DNA of 64,000 nt from Bacteroidales bacterium UBA1715 (GTDB taxonomy: Bacteria; Bacteroidota; Bacteroidia; Bacteroidales; UBA1715), in contig DCIX01000016.1 in NCBI GenBank assembly GCA_002317135.1, positions 4,136 to 68,135 on the forward strand, given 5' to 3'. Made by a program: the position numbers and the translations under genes. How positions within the stretch are numbered: position 1 is the first letter of the stretch; every line of letters begins with the position of its first letter. This document shows, piece by piece, positions 21,052 through 31,604 of this stretch. The notes under the pieces were generated by a model. It worked only from the letters and a program-made list of their open reading frames with translations. It ran no database searches and was not told the origin of the DNA.

Positions 21052-22044
21052 ATGACAGATAAACAACAGAACATTACAACCTTTCTTGCACTTGCAGTAT
21101 TAGTGTGCGTACTTGGTGTAGTTTGTGCGATAGGTATTTTAACTTTCGGCAAAACAGACGAAATCATCCAAGGTCAAGCAGAAGTTGCAGAATATCGTGT
21201 ATCAAGTAAAGTACCTGGCCGTATCCTTGAATTCCGTGTTCACGAAGGACAATTCGTAAAAGCCGGCGACACACTTGCTATTATAGAAGCGCCTGAAGTT
21301 GAAGCTAAAAAAGCACAAGCAGAAGCTGTGAAAACTGCAGCAGAAGCTCAAAACACAAAAGCAGAAAAAGGTGCGCGCAAGGAACAAATCCAAGCAGCAT
21401 ACGAAATGTGGCAAAAAGCCAAAACTGGTCGTGAAATAATGGAAAAATCCTATAATCGTATTAACAATCTTTACAAAGAAGGTGTTGTTAGCGAACAAAA
21501 ATACGACGAAGTTAAAGCACAATACGATGCTGCTGTTTCTACAGAAAATGCGGCAAAAGCACAATATACATTGGCTGTAAAAGGTGCACAGGAAGAAGAT
21601 AAAGAAATGGCAGCTGCACAAGTAAAACAAGCCGAAGGTGTTGTTGCCGAAGTCAATTCATACATAAACGAAACTATTCTTACCGCATACGCAGATGGTG
21701 AAGTAACCGACATTTATCCACATATTGGAGAATTAGTCGGAACAGGTGCGCCAATTATGTCTGTTGCAATTATGAATGATGTGTGGGCAACATTCAATGT
21801 TCGCGAAGATTACTTAAAGAAAATGGAAATCGGAACAGAATTCGACGCATACATTCCTGCACTTGAAACTACTGCAAAAATGAAAGTCAACTATATGAAA
21901 GATATGGGGGACTTCGCAGCTTGGAAAGCGACAAAACAAACTGGTCAATACGATTTAAAAACATTTGAAGTTCGTGCCGTTCCTATGGAAGAAATCAATG
22001 GTCTTCGCCCTGGAATGACTGTGTTATACAACATCAACAAATAG
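21052..22044 (+). CDS. HlyD-family membrane fusion protein
   Basis: N-terminal TM, VSSKVPGRI..V.EG..VKAGD lipoyl half-motif, coiled coil, LRPGM. Confidence 0.92.
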   Translation: MTDKQQNITTFLALAVLVCVLGVVCAIGILTFGKTDEIIQGQAEVAEYRVSSKVPGRILEFRVHEGQFVKAGDTLAIIEAPEVEAKKAQAEAVKTAAEAQNTKAEKGARKEQIQAAYEMWQKAKTGREIMEKSYNRINNLYKEGVVSEQKYDEVKAQYDAAVSTENAAKAQYTLAVKGAQEEDKEMAAAQVKQAEGVVAEVNSYINETILTAYADGEVTDIYPHIGELVGTGAPIMSVAIMNDVWATFNVREDYLKKMEIGTEFDAYIPALETTAKMKVNYMKDMGDFAAWKATKQTGQYDLKTFEVRAVPMEEINGLRPGMTVLYNINK

Positions 22045-22049
22045 TTTCT

Positions 22050-23204
22050 ATGATTTGGACTGTTATAAAACGAGAAATTAAGCGTATGCTTACGCGTCCA
22101 CTATACATTTTTTGTATGGTGTTGGCACCTGCATTCGCCTACATTTTCTTCACAAGTCTTATGTCTAACGGACTACCGGTAGATCTTCCTGCAGGCGTTG
22201 TTGACGAAGACAATTCAACAGTCACGAGACAACTTATTCGAAACCTTGACGCATTCCAACAAACAAAAATTGTAGCTCAATATCACAATTTTGCAGAAGC
22301 ACGCGAAGCAATGCAACAAGGAAAAATCTACTCTATCTACTATATACCTAAAGGTACAACAAAACTTGCCCTTGCAAGCAAACAACCTACTATTTCATTT
22401 TATACATCGGCATCGTACATTGTGCCAGCCTCGTTGGAATATAGAGATATGAAAATGATGTCGGAATTGGCTTCCGGAGCAATCGCGCGCTCAACATTAT
22501 ATGCAAAAGGTTATACCGAAGACCAAGCAATGGCAATGCTTCAACCAATAAAAATGGAAATGCACGCCATAAACAACCCATTGATAAACTATTCGATTTA
22601 CCTTTCCAACACCATGTTGCCAGGAATTTTGATGCTTCTTATCTTCCAATTAACGATTTATTCAATCTATTCGGAATTAAAAGAAGAAACATCGAAAGAA
22701 TGGTTGGCACTTACCGGAAATAATATTTACAAAGCATTGATTGGCAAATTATTACCTCAGTTAGTAATTTGGATACTAATGGGTTTATTCTGCCTTGTAT
22801 GGCTATACGGATATTGGGGATTTCCACTACATAGCGGATTCTTACCAATGTTTGGTTTGATGGTTTTGTTCATCATTGTCAGTCAAGCTTTTGGAGTATT
22901 CCTTTGTGGTGCAGTTCCATCACTTCGCTGGGCATTGAGCCTTGCGACATTATGGGGGGTACTTTCATTCCCTATTTGCGGTTTTTCATTCCCACAAATG
23001 GCATTTCCTGCCGCATTACGAGGTCTATCGTATTTATTCCCTTTGCGTTACTATTACCTCATATATGTAGACCAAGCTCTTAACGGATTACCGTTTGAAT
23101 ATTCGTGGTTATACTATGTATGCTTAGCCGCATTCCTCGCTCTTCCATTCCTTGTAATCGGAAGATTAAAGAAATTCTTACTTGAATACCATTACCAAAT
23201 ATAG
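22050..23204 (+). CDS. ABC-2 type transporter permease
   Basis: GVVDEDNS..R, large periplasmic loop, six TM segments. Confidence 0.88.
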   Translation: MIWTVIKREIKRMLTRPLYIFCMVLAPAFAYIFFTSLMSNGLPVDLPAGVVDEDNSTVTRQLIRNLDAFQQTKIVAQYHNFAEAREAMQQGKIYSIYYIPKGTTKLALASKQPTISFYTSASYIVPASLEYRDMKMMSELASGAIARSTLYAKGYTEDQAMAMLQPIKMEMHAINNPLINYSIYLSNTMLPGILMLLIFQLTIYSIYSELKEETSKEWLALTGNNIYKALIGKLLPQLVIWILMGLFCLVWLYGYWGFPLHSGFLPMFGLMVLFIIVSQAFGVFLCGAVPSLRWALSLATLWGVLSFPICGFSFPQMAFPAALRGLSYLFPLRYYYLIYVDQALNGLPFEYSWLYYVCLAAFLALPFLVIGRLKKFLLEYHYQI

Positions 23205-23206
23205 AA

Positions 23207-24364
23207 ATGAAATGGCTTCTTAACATATTAGATGTGTGGAGACACGAACTTGTACGTTCTTTAACAGACATTGGTTCACTCGTATTCTTCATTATTGTTC
23301 CTCTACTCTATCCGTTATTATACGCATATTTATATGGAAATGAAACGGTTAAAGAAGTACCAACAGTAGTTGTAGATGATTCCCACACAAACCTCAGCCG
23401 AGAATTTTTACGAAAAGCTGACGCCAGCAGCGATATAAAAATTATTGGCCACTGTGCAAATCTCAAAGAAGCAGAGGAATTGATTCATCGTCACGAAGCG
23501 TATTGCTTAGTTTACATTCCTGCTGAATTTCAGAAAAATATAGTAGAAGGGAAACAAGCAGTTGTCGAGCTATATAGCGATATGAGCGGCTTGCTTTACT
23601 ATAAAGCCGTTTTAAGTGCGTGTACCGAAGTTTCTTTGGAAATGAACCAAGATATTAAAACAGAACGACTTATAGGAGCGACGAAAGAACAAGCAGAAAC
23701 ATTTGCATATCCTATTAAGTATGAATATGTTCCAATGTTCAATACACAAAGCGGTTTTGCTACATTCCTCATTCCTGCAGTTCTAATGCTAATCATTCAA
23801 CAAACAATGTTGCTCGGCATAGGTATGCTTCAAGGAGACGAAAGAGAACGCCGACGTAAAGGCTTCATTGACGAACATTTACAAGGGAAACGCCCTCTTG
23901 AAATTATGCTCGGTAAAGCAACGAGTTATATGAACATTTACATTGTAGTGGCAGCATATTTAGTCTGTATCATTCCACCTTTGTTTGGTTTAATCCACAT
24001 TTGGCAATGGAAAGATATGATTGCATTTATGATTCCATTCCTTTCGTCTTGTATATTCTTTTGTATGTTCATCTCCGCTTTCTCATACGACAGAGAATCA
24101 TTCATAGTACTATTTGTATTTATGTCTGTTCCACTCCTATTTATATCTGGAATTTCGTGGCCAGCATCGGCAATTCCTGCAGTATGGAAAACGATTTCCC
24201 AAGCATTCCCATCTACATTCGGCATAAACGGATTTGTCCGTCTAAGCGAAATGGGTGCATTGCTTAAAGATCTTCGTCCTGAATTTGTAGGATTGTGGAT
24301 TCAAACCATTGTTTACTTTTTCCTAACTTGGGGAGCATACAGAAGAATGTACAAAAGACAATAA
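23207..24364 (+). CDS. ABC-2 type transporter permease
   Basis: VVDDSHT.LSR, SGISWP...P; paralogue of the upstream permease. Confidence 0.88.
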   Translation: MKWLLNILDVWRHELVRSLTDIGSLVFFIIVPLLYPLLYAYLYGNETVKEVPTVVVDDSHTNLSREFLRKADASSDIKIIGHCANLKEAEELIHRHEAYCLVYIPAEFQKNIVEGKQAVVELYSDMSGLLYYKAVLSACTEVSLEMNQDIKTERLIGATKEQAETFAYPIKYEYVPMFNTQSGFATFLIPAVLMLIIQQTMLLGIGMLQGDERERRRKGFIDEHLQGKRPLEIMLGKATSYMNIYIVVAAYLVCIIPPLFGLIHIWQWKDMIAFMIPFLSSCIFFCMFISAFSYDRESFIVLFVFMSVPLLFISGISWPASAIPAVWKTISQAFPSTFGINGFVRLSEMGALLKDLRPEFVGLWIQTIVYFFLTWGAYRRMYKRQ

Positions 24365-24367
24365 TCC

Positions 24368-25315
24368 CTACTTAACCAAATCTATATCAATTAAATTGTT
24401 TACAATCGCATAGATTGTAAGGCCTGCAAGGGAATGAATTTGTAGTTTGCGAACAATATTTCTACGGTGAGTTATAACGGTATGAATCGAAATACACAAA
24501 TGATCGGCTATTTCCTTATTTGCCATTCCTTGTACCAGACAAATAATCACGTCTTTTTCGCGATCGGAAATTGCTTCGTTAGTAGATGTGTTACCTATCA
24601 TTGAAGAAAGTTTTAACGACACATCCTCGTTTTGTATTTTTTGTTCAAGCACACGAATTGCAGGAATAAAAATCTCATCTTCCACATTACTATGGTTATT
24701 CAACCATTCTTCGTTATTATACAAATCGTATAGTGTAGCCGTAAGTTTATTGTTTGTAAGCGAATCGGCAGGAAGATACTTTATAATAATGTGCTTCAAT
24801 TCCAACAACTTACTGGTTGTTTCGCTATGATGTTTCGAGAAAATCTCCACATTATAATTATTCATCTGCACCCCTTGCAACAAGGCTTCTACATACGGGA
24901 AGAATGTCTTTTCTTCGTATTTCATATGCAATTGAATAGAACGAGCATATTCGTCATAAATACGAAGAATTAAAATTGCAAGATTGTCTTTTAAATCAAG
25001 TGCATCTTCAAGATTTTTTCGAATAGATGGCAATTGAAAATCCAAGAAATACTTATGCGATGCACGAAGGTACGACATCAATGTTTGCACCGATAATTTT
25101 TCGTATTCCTTTTGATTATACCCATTAATAATGTAATTCACGACAGATAAAAATGTATAACAATCAACGCCTTGCTGGTCGCAAACTTCTTGTACGGTTT
25201 TATCTCCAAAACCAAGGTTTATACCGAAAGCACCAAGTCCTTGTAAGACACTATAATTGTCGCGAATAAGTTCTATCATCTTATCATTCGCTTCGTACAA
25301 TTTCATCCGTTTCAT
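24368..25315 (-). CDS. Transcriptional regulator: ScdA/Ric-like N-terminus, hemerythrin-like domain, LuxR HTH
   Basis: GFGDKTV.EVC; H..., HMKYEE, HH, HSNVEDEIFIP; ISDREKDVI...GMANKEIADHLCISIHTVITHRRNI. Confidence 0.88.
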   Translation of the reverse strand: MKRMKLYEANDKMIELIRDNYSVLQGLGAFGINLGFGDKTVQEVCDQQGVDCYTFLSVVNYIINGYNQKEYEKLSVQTLMSYLRASHKYFLDFQLPSIRKNLEDALDLKDNLAILILRIYDEYARSIQLHMKYEEKTFFPYVEALLQGVQMNNYNVEIFSKHHSETTSKLLELKHIIIKYLPADSLTNNKLTATLYDLYNNEEWLNNHSNVEDEIFIPAIRVLEQKIQNEDVSLKLSSMIGNTSTNEAISDREKDVIICLVQGMANKEIADHLCISIHTVITHRRNIVRKLQIHSLAGLTIYAIVNNLIDIDLVK

Positions 25316-25473
25316 TTGACTTACTTTTTACAATACAAAGGTCTTTGTTTTTGTGGAATGTACAATCATCATTTGTAGGTATTTGTACAAAATCCACAAT
25401 AAACCATAACAAAAATAAGGTAGAACAATACTCACTTGTAATTAGTATCTGAATTTTTCAATTTTTCTTTTTA

Positions 25474-25485
25474 CCAAAATTTTGG
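25474..25485. promoter_or_regulatory. Perfect 12-bp palindrome, candidate operator in the divergent promoter region
   Basis: CCAAAATTTTGG between the regulator and the operon. Confidence 0.4.
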
Positions 25486-25537
25486 GATTTCACACCACAA
25501 AAATCACTCGTTTTTTTGCACTGTAAAATTCTGAATA

Positions 25538-26905
25538 ATGAAATGCACGAGTTACATATACATTCTTTTCTTGCTCATTGCAGACATTGCAACTGCCCAA
25601 GATGTTGACGGCATAAGTGGAGCAACAAGACATATTTCTACCGATACTGTACAAGCAAAAAAGACCTCAACGATAGATTCGTTTGAAAAATTTCGTTTTG
25701 GAGGATACGGCGAAATGCTAGCAAGCCGTAAAGATTACGGAATCAATAGATTTTATGGCGGCAACGATGGAAACTCTAAAACAAGCCGTAGCACAATTGC
25801 AATACCTCGATTTGTTCTCGCTTTTGACTACAAGTTTAACGAAAAATGGACTTTATCTTCCGAAATTGAGTTTGAAGCAGGTGGAACAGGACAAGCAATC
25901 GAGTTAGAAAACACCGAAAATGGTGAATACGAAACGGAAATAGAAAAAGGTGGCGAAGTTGCTTTGGAACAATTCCATATCACTCGTAACATCTGCCCCG
26001 CTTTCAATGTACGCTTTGGACATATTATTGTTCCTGTTGGTCTTACCAATGCCCACCACGAACCGATAAACTTCTTTGGCACCGTTCGTCCCGAAGGCGA
26101 AACAACACTCATACCATCGACTTGGCACGAAACAGGTATGGAAGTATTCGGTTCTTTCGGAAAAGGAATCGCTACGTTCGACTATGAGGCCTTGCTTGTT
26201 GCCGGTCTAAACGCCAATGGATTTGACAGAAATAATTGGGTTGCAAAAGGCAAACAAGGCTTCTTCGAACAAGATTGTTTTAATTCACCTGCATTTGTTG
26301 GAAGAATAAACTGGAAAGGTGTAACTGGCTTACGCATAGGAACAAGTATATATTATTGTCAAAATACTGGTGCTAATTCAGACAAAGAACAAACCTACTC
26401 TTCCATTGATGACATTTCGTTATTGATTTGTACGGCCGATGCTCAATACAAGAGTAAATTTATAACAACTCGTGGGAACATTCTCATCGGAAATCTTTCT
26501 GAATCAGAAGCACTTACAGGAAAGAACACAAAACTTTCGAATAAATCGCCATATTCCCGCACTGGCGCAATTGCAGCAAAAGCGGTTTCGTATGCAGGTG
26601 AAGTAGGCATACATCTAAATTCATTTTTCAAGAATGAAAAATGTCCTGCACTAACGCCTTTTGTTCGCTACGAATACTATAATCCACAAGAAAAAGGTGA
26701 AGGGAAAATGACCATGGATAACCGTTGTCAAGTAAGTATGTGGACATTCGGTCTAAACTGGAACGTGCTTCCTAACTTAGTGTTCAAAGCCGACTATACC
26801 ACACGACAAATAGGAACAAAGAAACCTTTTAGTCAAGGCTCATATAATAGCGAGAATGAAATTTCTCTCGGTCTTGCCTACGTTGCCTGGTTTCAAAAAG
26901 AATAA
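25538..26905 (+). CDS. Outer membrane beta-barrel (porin-like) protein associated with imelysin loci
   Basis: Signal peptide, GGYGE, SEIEFE, HHEP, IPSTWHETG, aromatic C-terminus. Confidence 0.75.
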   Translation: MKCTSYIYILFLLIADIATAQDVDGISGATRHISTDTVQAKKTSTIDSFEKFRFGGYGEMLASRKDYGINRFYGGNDGNSKTSRSTIAIPRFVLAFDYKFNEKWTLSSEIEFEAGGTGQAIELENTENGEYETEIEKGGEVALEQFHITRNICPAFNVRFGHIIVPVGLTNAHHEPINFFGTVRPEGETTLIPSTWHETGMEVFGSFGKGIATFDYEALLVAGLNANGFDRNNWVAKGKQGFFEQDCFNSPAFVGRINWKGVTGLRIGTSIYYCQNTGANSDKEQTYSSIDDISLLICTADAQYKSKFITTRGNILIGNLSESEALTGKNTKLSNKSPYSRTGAIAAKAVSYAGEVGIHLNSFFKNEKCPALTPFVRYEYYNPQEKGEGKMTMDNRCQVSMWTFGLNWNVLPNLVFKADYTTRQIGTKKPFSQGSYNSENEISLGLAYVAWFQKE

Positions 26906-26930
26906 TTAGTAAACATAAAATTTTTAATAT

Positions 26931-28067
26931 ATGAAAAAATCTTATCTATCAACATGTGTAATAGCAGGTCTAACTGCTTTAATATTTGTTTCTTGCGGAG
27001 ACGACAAGAAAAAAAATGGTGAAACAACAACAATTGAAATTTCTGACGAAACTATGGATGCAATTGTTGCAAACTATGTGGATGCTGTTGTTTTGCCAAC
27101 ATACAAAGAACTTGCAGAAAAGAATGCTGCACTATATGACAAAGTCATTGCCTTAAAAAACAATCCTTCGGATGCTGCATTTGCCGATGCCTGCGATGCT
27201 TGGTTAGATGCTCGTCAACCTTGGGAAACAAGCGAAGCGTTCTTGTTCGGCCCTGTTGACGAACTTGGTCTTGATCCAAATATGGACTCGTGGCCTCTTG
27301 ACCAAGATGCAATCGAAAACATTTTGACCTCTGGTAACTTTGCAGACTTAAACTGGACAGACAACGATTCTGACGATGCTATTGAAGCGGCTCAAGGTGT
27401 TCGTGGTTTCCACACGTTGGAATTCCTTTTATTCAAAGATGGTCAACCTCGTACTATCGCAGACGAGCAATATGCTGCAAACAAAGAGAGTTGGGGTAAT
27501 TATCTATACAACGTGGCAGCATTATTAAAAAATGACTCGCAAACATTGTACGAAGCGTGGAGCAAAGACTATCAAAATAAAGGCGCTTTTGCAACAACTT
27601 TTAAATCACACAACAACGCAACTTATTCATCTGTAATAAATTGTATTCAAGAAATTCTTGAAGGTTGCCAAGACATTGCTGGCGAAGTTGGTACAGCAAA
27701 AATCGGCGATCCATACGATTTGTATCAAAGTGGGAAAAAAACTGAAGCTTTATATGCAGTAGAATCTTGGTATAGTTGGCACTCTCGCGACGATTACACG
27801 AACAACATCTATTCTGTTCGTAACTCATATTTCGGAACAACGGATGGAACAATTGCCAATAACTCTTTATCGAGAGCTGTTGCTGCTGCCGATATTGACG
27901 AAGACACAAAAGTTAAAACTGCTATTACAACTGCGGCAAATGCCATTCAAGCAATTCCGCAACCATTTAGAAATAACATAAATAGCAAGGAAGCCGAAAT
28001 TGCAATGCAAGCATGTGCAGACTTGGTAAAAGTCCTTGAAAGCCTTGAAAGTAAAATAGTCGAATAG
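26931..28067 (+). CDS. Imelysin-like (M75 / IrpA-type) iron-binding lipoprotein
   Basis: Lipobox FVSC; WETSEAFLFGP, DSWP, GFHTLEFLL (GxHxxE). Confidence 0.9.
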   Translation: MKKSYLSTCVIAGLTALIFVSCGDDKKKNGETTTIEISDETMDAIVANYVDAVVLPTYKELAEKNAALYDKVIALKNNPSDAAFADACDAWLDARQPWETSEAFLFGPVDELGLDPNMDSWPLDQDAIENILTSGNFADLNWTDNDSDDAIEAAQGVRGFHTLEFLLFKDGQPRTIADEQYAANKESWGNYLYNVAALLKNDSQTLYEAWSKDYQNKGAFATTFKSHNNATYSSVINCIQEILEGCQDIAGEVGTAKIGDPYDLYQSGKKTEALYAVESWYSWHSRDDYTNNIYSVRNSYFGTTDGTIANNSLSRAVAAADIDEDTKVKTAITTAANAIQAIPQPFRNNINSKEAEIAMQACADLVKVLESLESKIVE

Positions 28068-28098
28068 GGTTTGACATAGTAGTATAATTGTTAATTGG

Positions 28099-28133
28099 AA
28101 TTAACGGTGGAATGTATTCTGCCGTTAATTTTT
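28099..28133 (+). terminator. Intra-operon hairpin (terminator or mRNA stabiliser)
   Basis: AATTAACGGTGGAAT-gt-ATTCTGCCGTTAATT, stem with G-U pairs. Confidence 0.6.
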
Positions 28134-28143
28134 GGATTTTGAA

Positions 28144-29625
28144 ATGAATCGTTTTATAACACTTACAGCAATACCTCTCCTATTCCTTTCGTGCACAAAA
28201 GAAGGAATTGATATGGACGATGTAGTTGTTCCCAAAGGCTACTCTCTTTCTGCAGGAACATCTACAATTTTTATGAACTCGTCAAAAGCATACGACAATC
28301 CTGCCGATTGGGTTAGCGGTTCGTATGAGACTCGTTTTTATCGTGGAGACCGTTTATATGATGATGCTCGCACAAGTAGCAACAACTACGGCGGCGGACT
28401 TGGTCCTGTTTATGCTGGATATTCTTGTGGCAGTTGCCACCGAAGTGCCGGTAGAACTAAACCTGGCGTTTGGACCGAAAATGGCGTCGATGAGAATGGC
28501 AATCCAACATACGGTTCCGGGCAATATGGATTTTCCGCAATGTTAATTTATATAACTCGGAAAAACGGCGTATTTTTTCAAGATTACGGTCGCGTTGTTC
28601 ACGATCAGGCAATTTATGGTGTAGAACCTGAAGGGAAAGTCAAAGTTGACTGGCACTATCAATCGTTCACATTTCCCGATGGCGAACCGTATGAACTCTG
28701 CTATCCGCAATTCACTATAACTGATTGGTATAAAAAGATGTGGGACGGCGTAAAAGGCGATTCAGTGGAAATTAAACCAGAAGAGTTGTTTTGTACCGTG
28801 CGTATTCCACTTCGTCACGTGGGAATGGGACAAATGATGGCTCTTGACCCTGCCGAAATCGAAGCACTGGCAGCAAAAAGCAACTATCCAGAATACGGCA
28901 TAAGCGGACGATGCAACTATATCACAGAACGAGGCGTTCGTTCTGTTGGTCTATCGGGGAACAAAGCACAACATTTAGATTTGACGGTAGAACTTGGATT
29001 TTCAAGCGATATGGGTGCTACCAATAGTCGCTATCCAGAAGAAATATGCGAAGGACAATTACAAATGTCTCAAGGAAGTATGATGGGACTTTCGTATGAC
29101 CAACTGGATGTTTCTACCGAAGATATGGAAGATGTTGATTTATATATGCAATCGCTCGGTGTTCCTGCTCGAAGAAATGTAAACGACCCAACAGTAATTC
29201 GTGGCGAACAAATGTTTTACCAAGCCAAATGTCACCTTTGTCACGTTACAACATTACATACAAAAGTCGGTGGTTCTGTTTTATTAAATGGAACAAGACT
29301 ACCTTGGTTGGGAAATCAAACTATTCATCCATATTCTGATTTTCTGCTTCACGATATGGGTTCAGAAATTATGGGTGTTGGTTTGAACGACAATTTCGTA
29401 AGCGGACTTGCCCGTGGAAACGAATGGCGTACAACACCACTCTGGGGCGTTGGTTTACAAGAAAAAGTTAATGCACATACCTATTTCCTTCACGACGGAC
29501 GTGCACGCAATTTTACCGAAGCAATTATGTGGCACGGCGGCGAAGGCGAAGCCTCTAAAAATCTATTTAAGAATATGAATAAAACTGATCGCAATGCTCT
29601 CATTGCTTTTCTACAATCGCTATAA
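28144..29625 (+). CDS. Di-heme oxidoreductase (DHOR/DUF1111) lipoprotein
   Basis: Lipobox FLSC; GLGP, CGSCH, CHLCH, PYSDFLLHDMG, EWRTTPLWG, LHDGRAR. Confidence 0.9.
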   Translation: MNRFITLTAIPLLFLSCTKEGIDMDDVVVPKGYSLSAGTSTIFMNSSKAYDNPADWVSGSYETRFYRGDRLYDDARTSSNNYGGGLGPVYAGYSCGSCHRSAGRTKPGVWTENGVDENGNPTYGSGQYGFSAMLIYITRKNGVFFQDYGRVVHDQAIYGVEPEGKVKVDWHYQSFTFPDGEPYELCYPQFTITDWYKKMWDGVKGDSVEIKPEELFCTVRIPLRHVGMGQMMALDPAEIEALAAKSNYPEYGISGRCNYITERGVRSVGLSGNKAQHLDLTVELGFSSDMGATNSRYPEEICEGQLQMSQGSMMGLSYDQLDVSTEDMEDVDLYMQSLGVPARRNVNDPTVIRGEQMFYQAKCHLCHVTTLHTKVGGSVLLNGTRLPWLGNQTIHPYSDFLLHDMGSEIMGVGLNDNFVSGLARGNEWRTTPLWGVGLQEKVNAHTYFLHDGRARNFTEAIMWHGGEGEASKNLFKNMNKTDRNALIAFLQSL

Positions 29626-29636
29626 CATTTTATACT

Positions 29637-30893
29637 ATGAAACAAAATTTTATTTCTCTCGTATCTCTTGCCTTACTCCCATTTTTTGGATTAGCACAAG
29701 AATCTCAAGAACAATCAACAATCGACATACAAAAAACTGCTATTTCTGACGACTTCGAAAATGGCGTTGTTTCTATGAATGGTAAAAACGGACTAAAAAT
29801 CGCCACTGCATCTGGAGATTTTGTATTCAAACCATTTATGTTAGTACAAACTGCCGCAAAATTCAATTATTATGACGACGAAGGACTTGACAAAGCCTAC
29901 AATCAAGATAATGTTGCAAATAGCGGCTTTGCCATACCGTATGCAGTTCTTGGATTTACCGGAAAAGCTTTCGGGAAAGTCACATTTAACTTATCATTAA
30001 ACGCTGCTGCAAGCGGTGGGGCTTTATTGCAACAAGCCTGGTTCGACATTCAAACAAACAAGTCGGTGGCATTTCGTATAGGAAAATTCAAAACACCATT
30101 CACCCACGCATATCTTACTACTCTCGGTGAAACACTCTTACCTGTTTTACCAACATCATTAACATCAACCGTCATTCTTCCATATTCGTTGAATGCCGTT
30201 ACTCCAAGCATTGGAACTGGATTCGATTTAGGAGCTGAAATCCACGGTTCTTTTGCAAAAGCATTCGCTTACGAAGTCGGTATTTTTAACGGTAGCGGAG
30301 CTGGTTCTAATTCTGCAGGAAAAACTTTCAGCGACGATTGGCACATTCCTTCTCTACTCTATGCCGGTCGTCTTACTTTTGCTCCGAAAGGTGCTGTTCC
30401 TACGATTCAAGGTTCAGCAAATCGATTAGACGAAAACAAGTGGATGATTGGTGTTTCAACTTCGTTGAATGTTGAAAGCGAAAACGAAAGCACTAACGAT
30501 TTTCGTGCTGGACTTGAGTTTGCATATTTATATCACAAACTATATGTAGCCGCTGAATGCTACTATATGAATGTTGGATTTACCAAACGACAAAAAATTG
30601 ATGAATCATACAATTTTATGGGTGGCTACGCACAAGTCGGCTATTTCTTGACAAACCAATTACAAGCTGCCGCTCGCTACGAATTATACGAACGAAATGG
30701 CTTAAAAACTGGCGGACTATTGAATATGCCAGCTATTGGCTGTAACTACTTTATGCCGAATTGCAACCTAAAATTACAAGCAATGTATCAATATACAGGC
30801 CGCATTGGACACGAAACACAAATTGACCGCGATAACGACGACTTAGGAATGACCGTTCATAGTGCGACAATATTGCTTCAATACACATTCTAA
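29637..30893 (+). CDS. OprO/OprP-like porin
   Basis: Signal peptide, GKFKTPF, GIFNG, C-terminal LQYTF. Confidence 0.75.
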   Translation: MKQNFISLVSLALLPFFGLAQESQEQSTIDIQKTAISDDFENGVVSMNGKNGLKIATASGDFVFKPFMLVQTAAKFNYYDDEGLDKAYNQDNVANSGFAIPYAVLGFTGKAFGKVTFNLSLNAAASGGALLQQAWFDIQTNKSVAFRIGKFKTPFTHAYLTTLGETLLPVLPTSLTSTVILPYSLNAVTPSIGTGFDLGAEIHGSFAKAFAYEVGIFNGSGAGSNSAGKTFSDDWHIPSLLYAGRLTFAPKGAVPTIQGSANRLDENKWMIGVSTSLNVESENESTNDFRAGLEFAYLYHKLYVAAECYYMNVGFTKRQKIDESYNFMGGYAQVGYFLTNQLQAAARYELYERNGLKTGGLLNMPAIGCNYFMPNCNLKLQAMYQYTGRIGHETQIDRDNDDLGMTVHSATILLQYTF

Positions 30894-30903
30894 ATTACAC
30901 AAA

Positions 30904-31602
30904 ATGAAAGCACACTCTTTAATCATTGCCTGTTTTTCTGCACTATTACTATCGTCGTGCGACGAAGGTGATATAAACGAAAAAATTGTTCTTTCCACTA
31001 CTGGGAAAACAGCAAAAATCACAACAAATATTTTGGGTGTAGAAAGTTGGCCTTCGGGATACAATGTGGTTATCGCTGGATTTACCACAAACAACACTTA
31101 CGCAAATATCTCTAAAAATATTCCTGCAAGTATGAATGGAGAAATTGTTCTTTCGGGAATCAGCGACAATGTTACTTCATTGGAAATCTGCGTAATAAAT
31201 CGCCTTCGAGAAAGAATTGTCACTTTATATCAATACGATTGTTCAAAAGACAACACCGATACGATTGTAAAAAACGCAGGAACAATCAATGCAGGAATGT
31301 TTCCGTCAATACAAAAAAACATTTTCACGACAACGTGTGCTCGTTGTCATGGATTGGGAAAATCTGCGGCGGCAAATCTCAATCTCACAAGCGACAGCAG
31401 TTACATTTCGTTAGTACAACACGAATCAACAAAATCTCCAGGAAAGACTCGAGTTGTTCCTAATAATGTAGAAAACAGTTACTTATACGATGTCATTTCT
31501 GGCAATGACACCATCTTGTCGTTTAATCATACCAATATGATTGCAAACTACAACGACATACGACTTATTGAAAAATGGATATCTAACGGTGCGGAGGAAT
31601 AA
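30904..31602 (+). CDS. Mono-heme c-type cytochrome lipoprotein
   Basis: Lipobox LSSC; IQ..IF...CARCH; RVVP.N.E.SYL; I..WI..GA tail. Confidence 0.75.
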   Translation: MKAHSLIIACFSALLLSSCDEGDINEKIVLSTTGKTAKITTNILGVESWPSGYNVVIAGFTTNNTYANISKNIPASMNGEIVLSGISDNVTSLEICVINRLRERIVTLYQYDCSKDNTDTIVKNAGTINAGMFPSIQKNIFTTTCARCHGLGKSAAANLNLTSDSSYISLVQHESTKSPGKTRVVPNNVENSYLYDVISGNDTILSFNHTNMIANYNDIRLIEKWISNGAEE

Positions 31603-31604
31603 TT

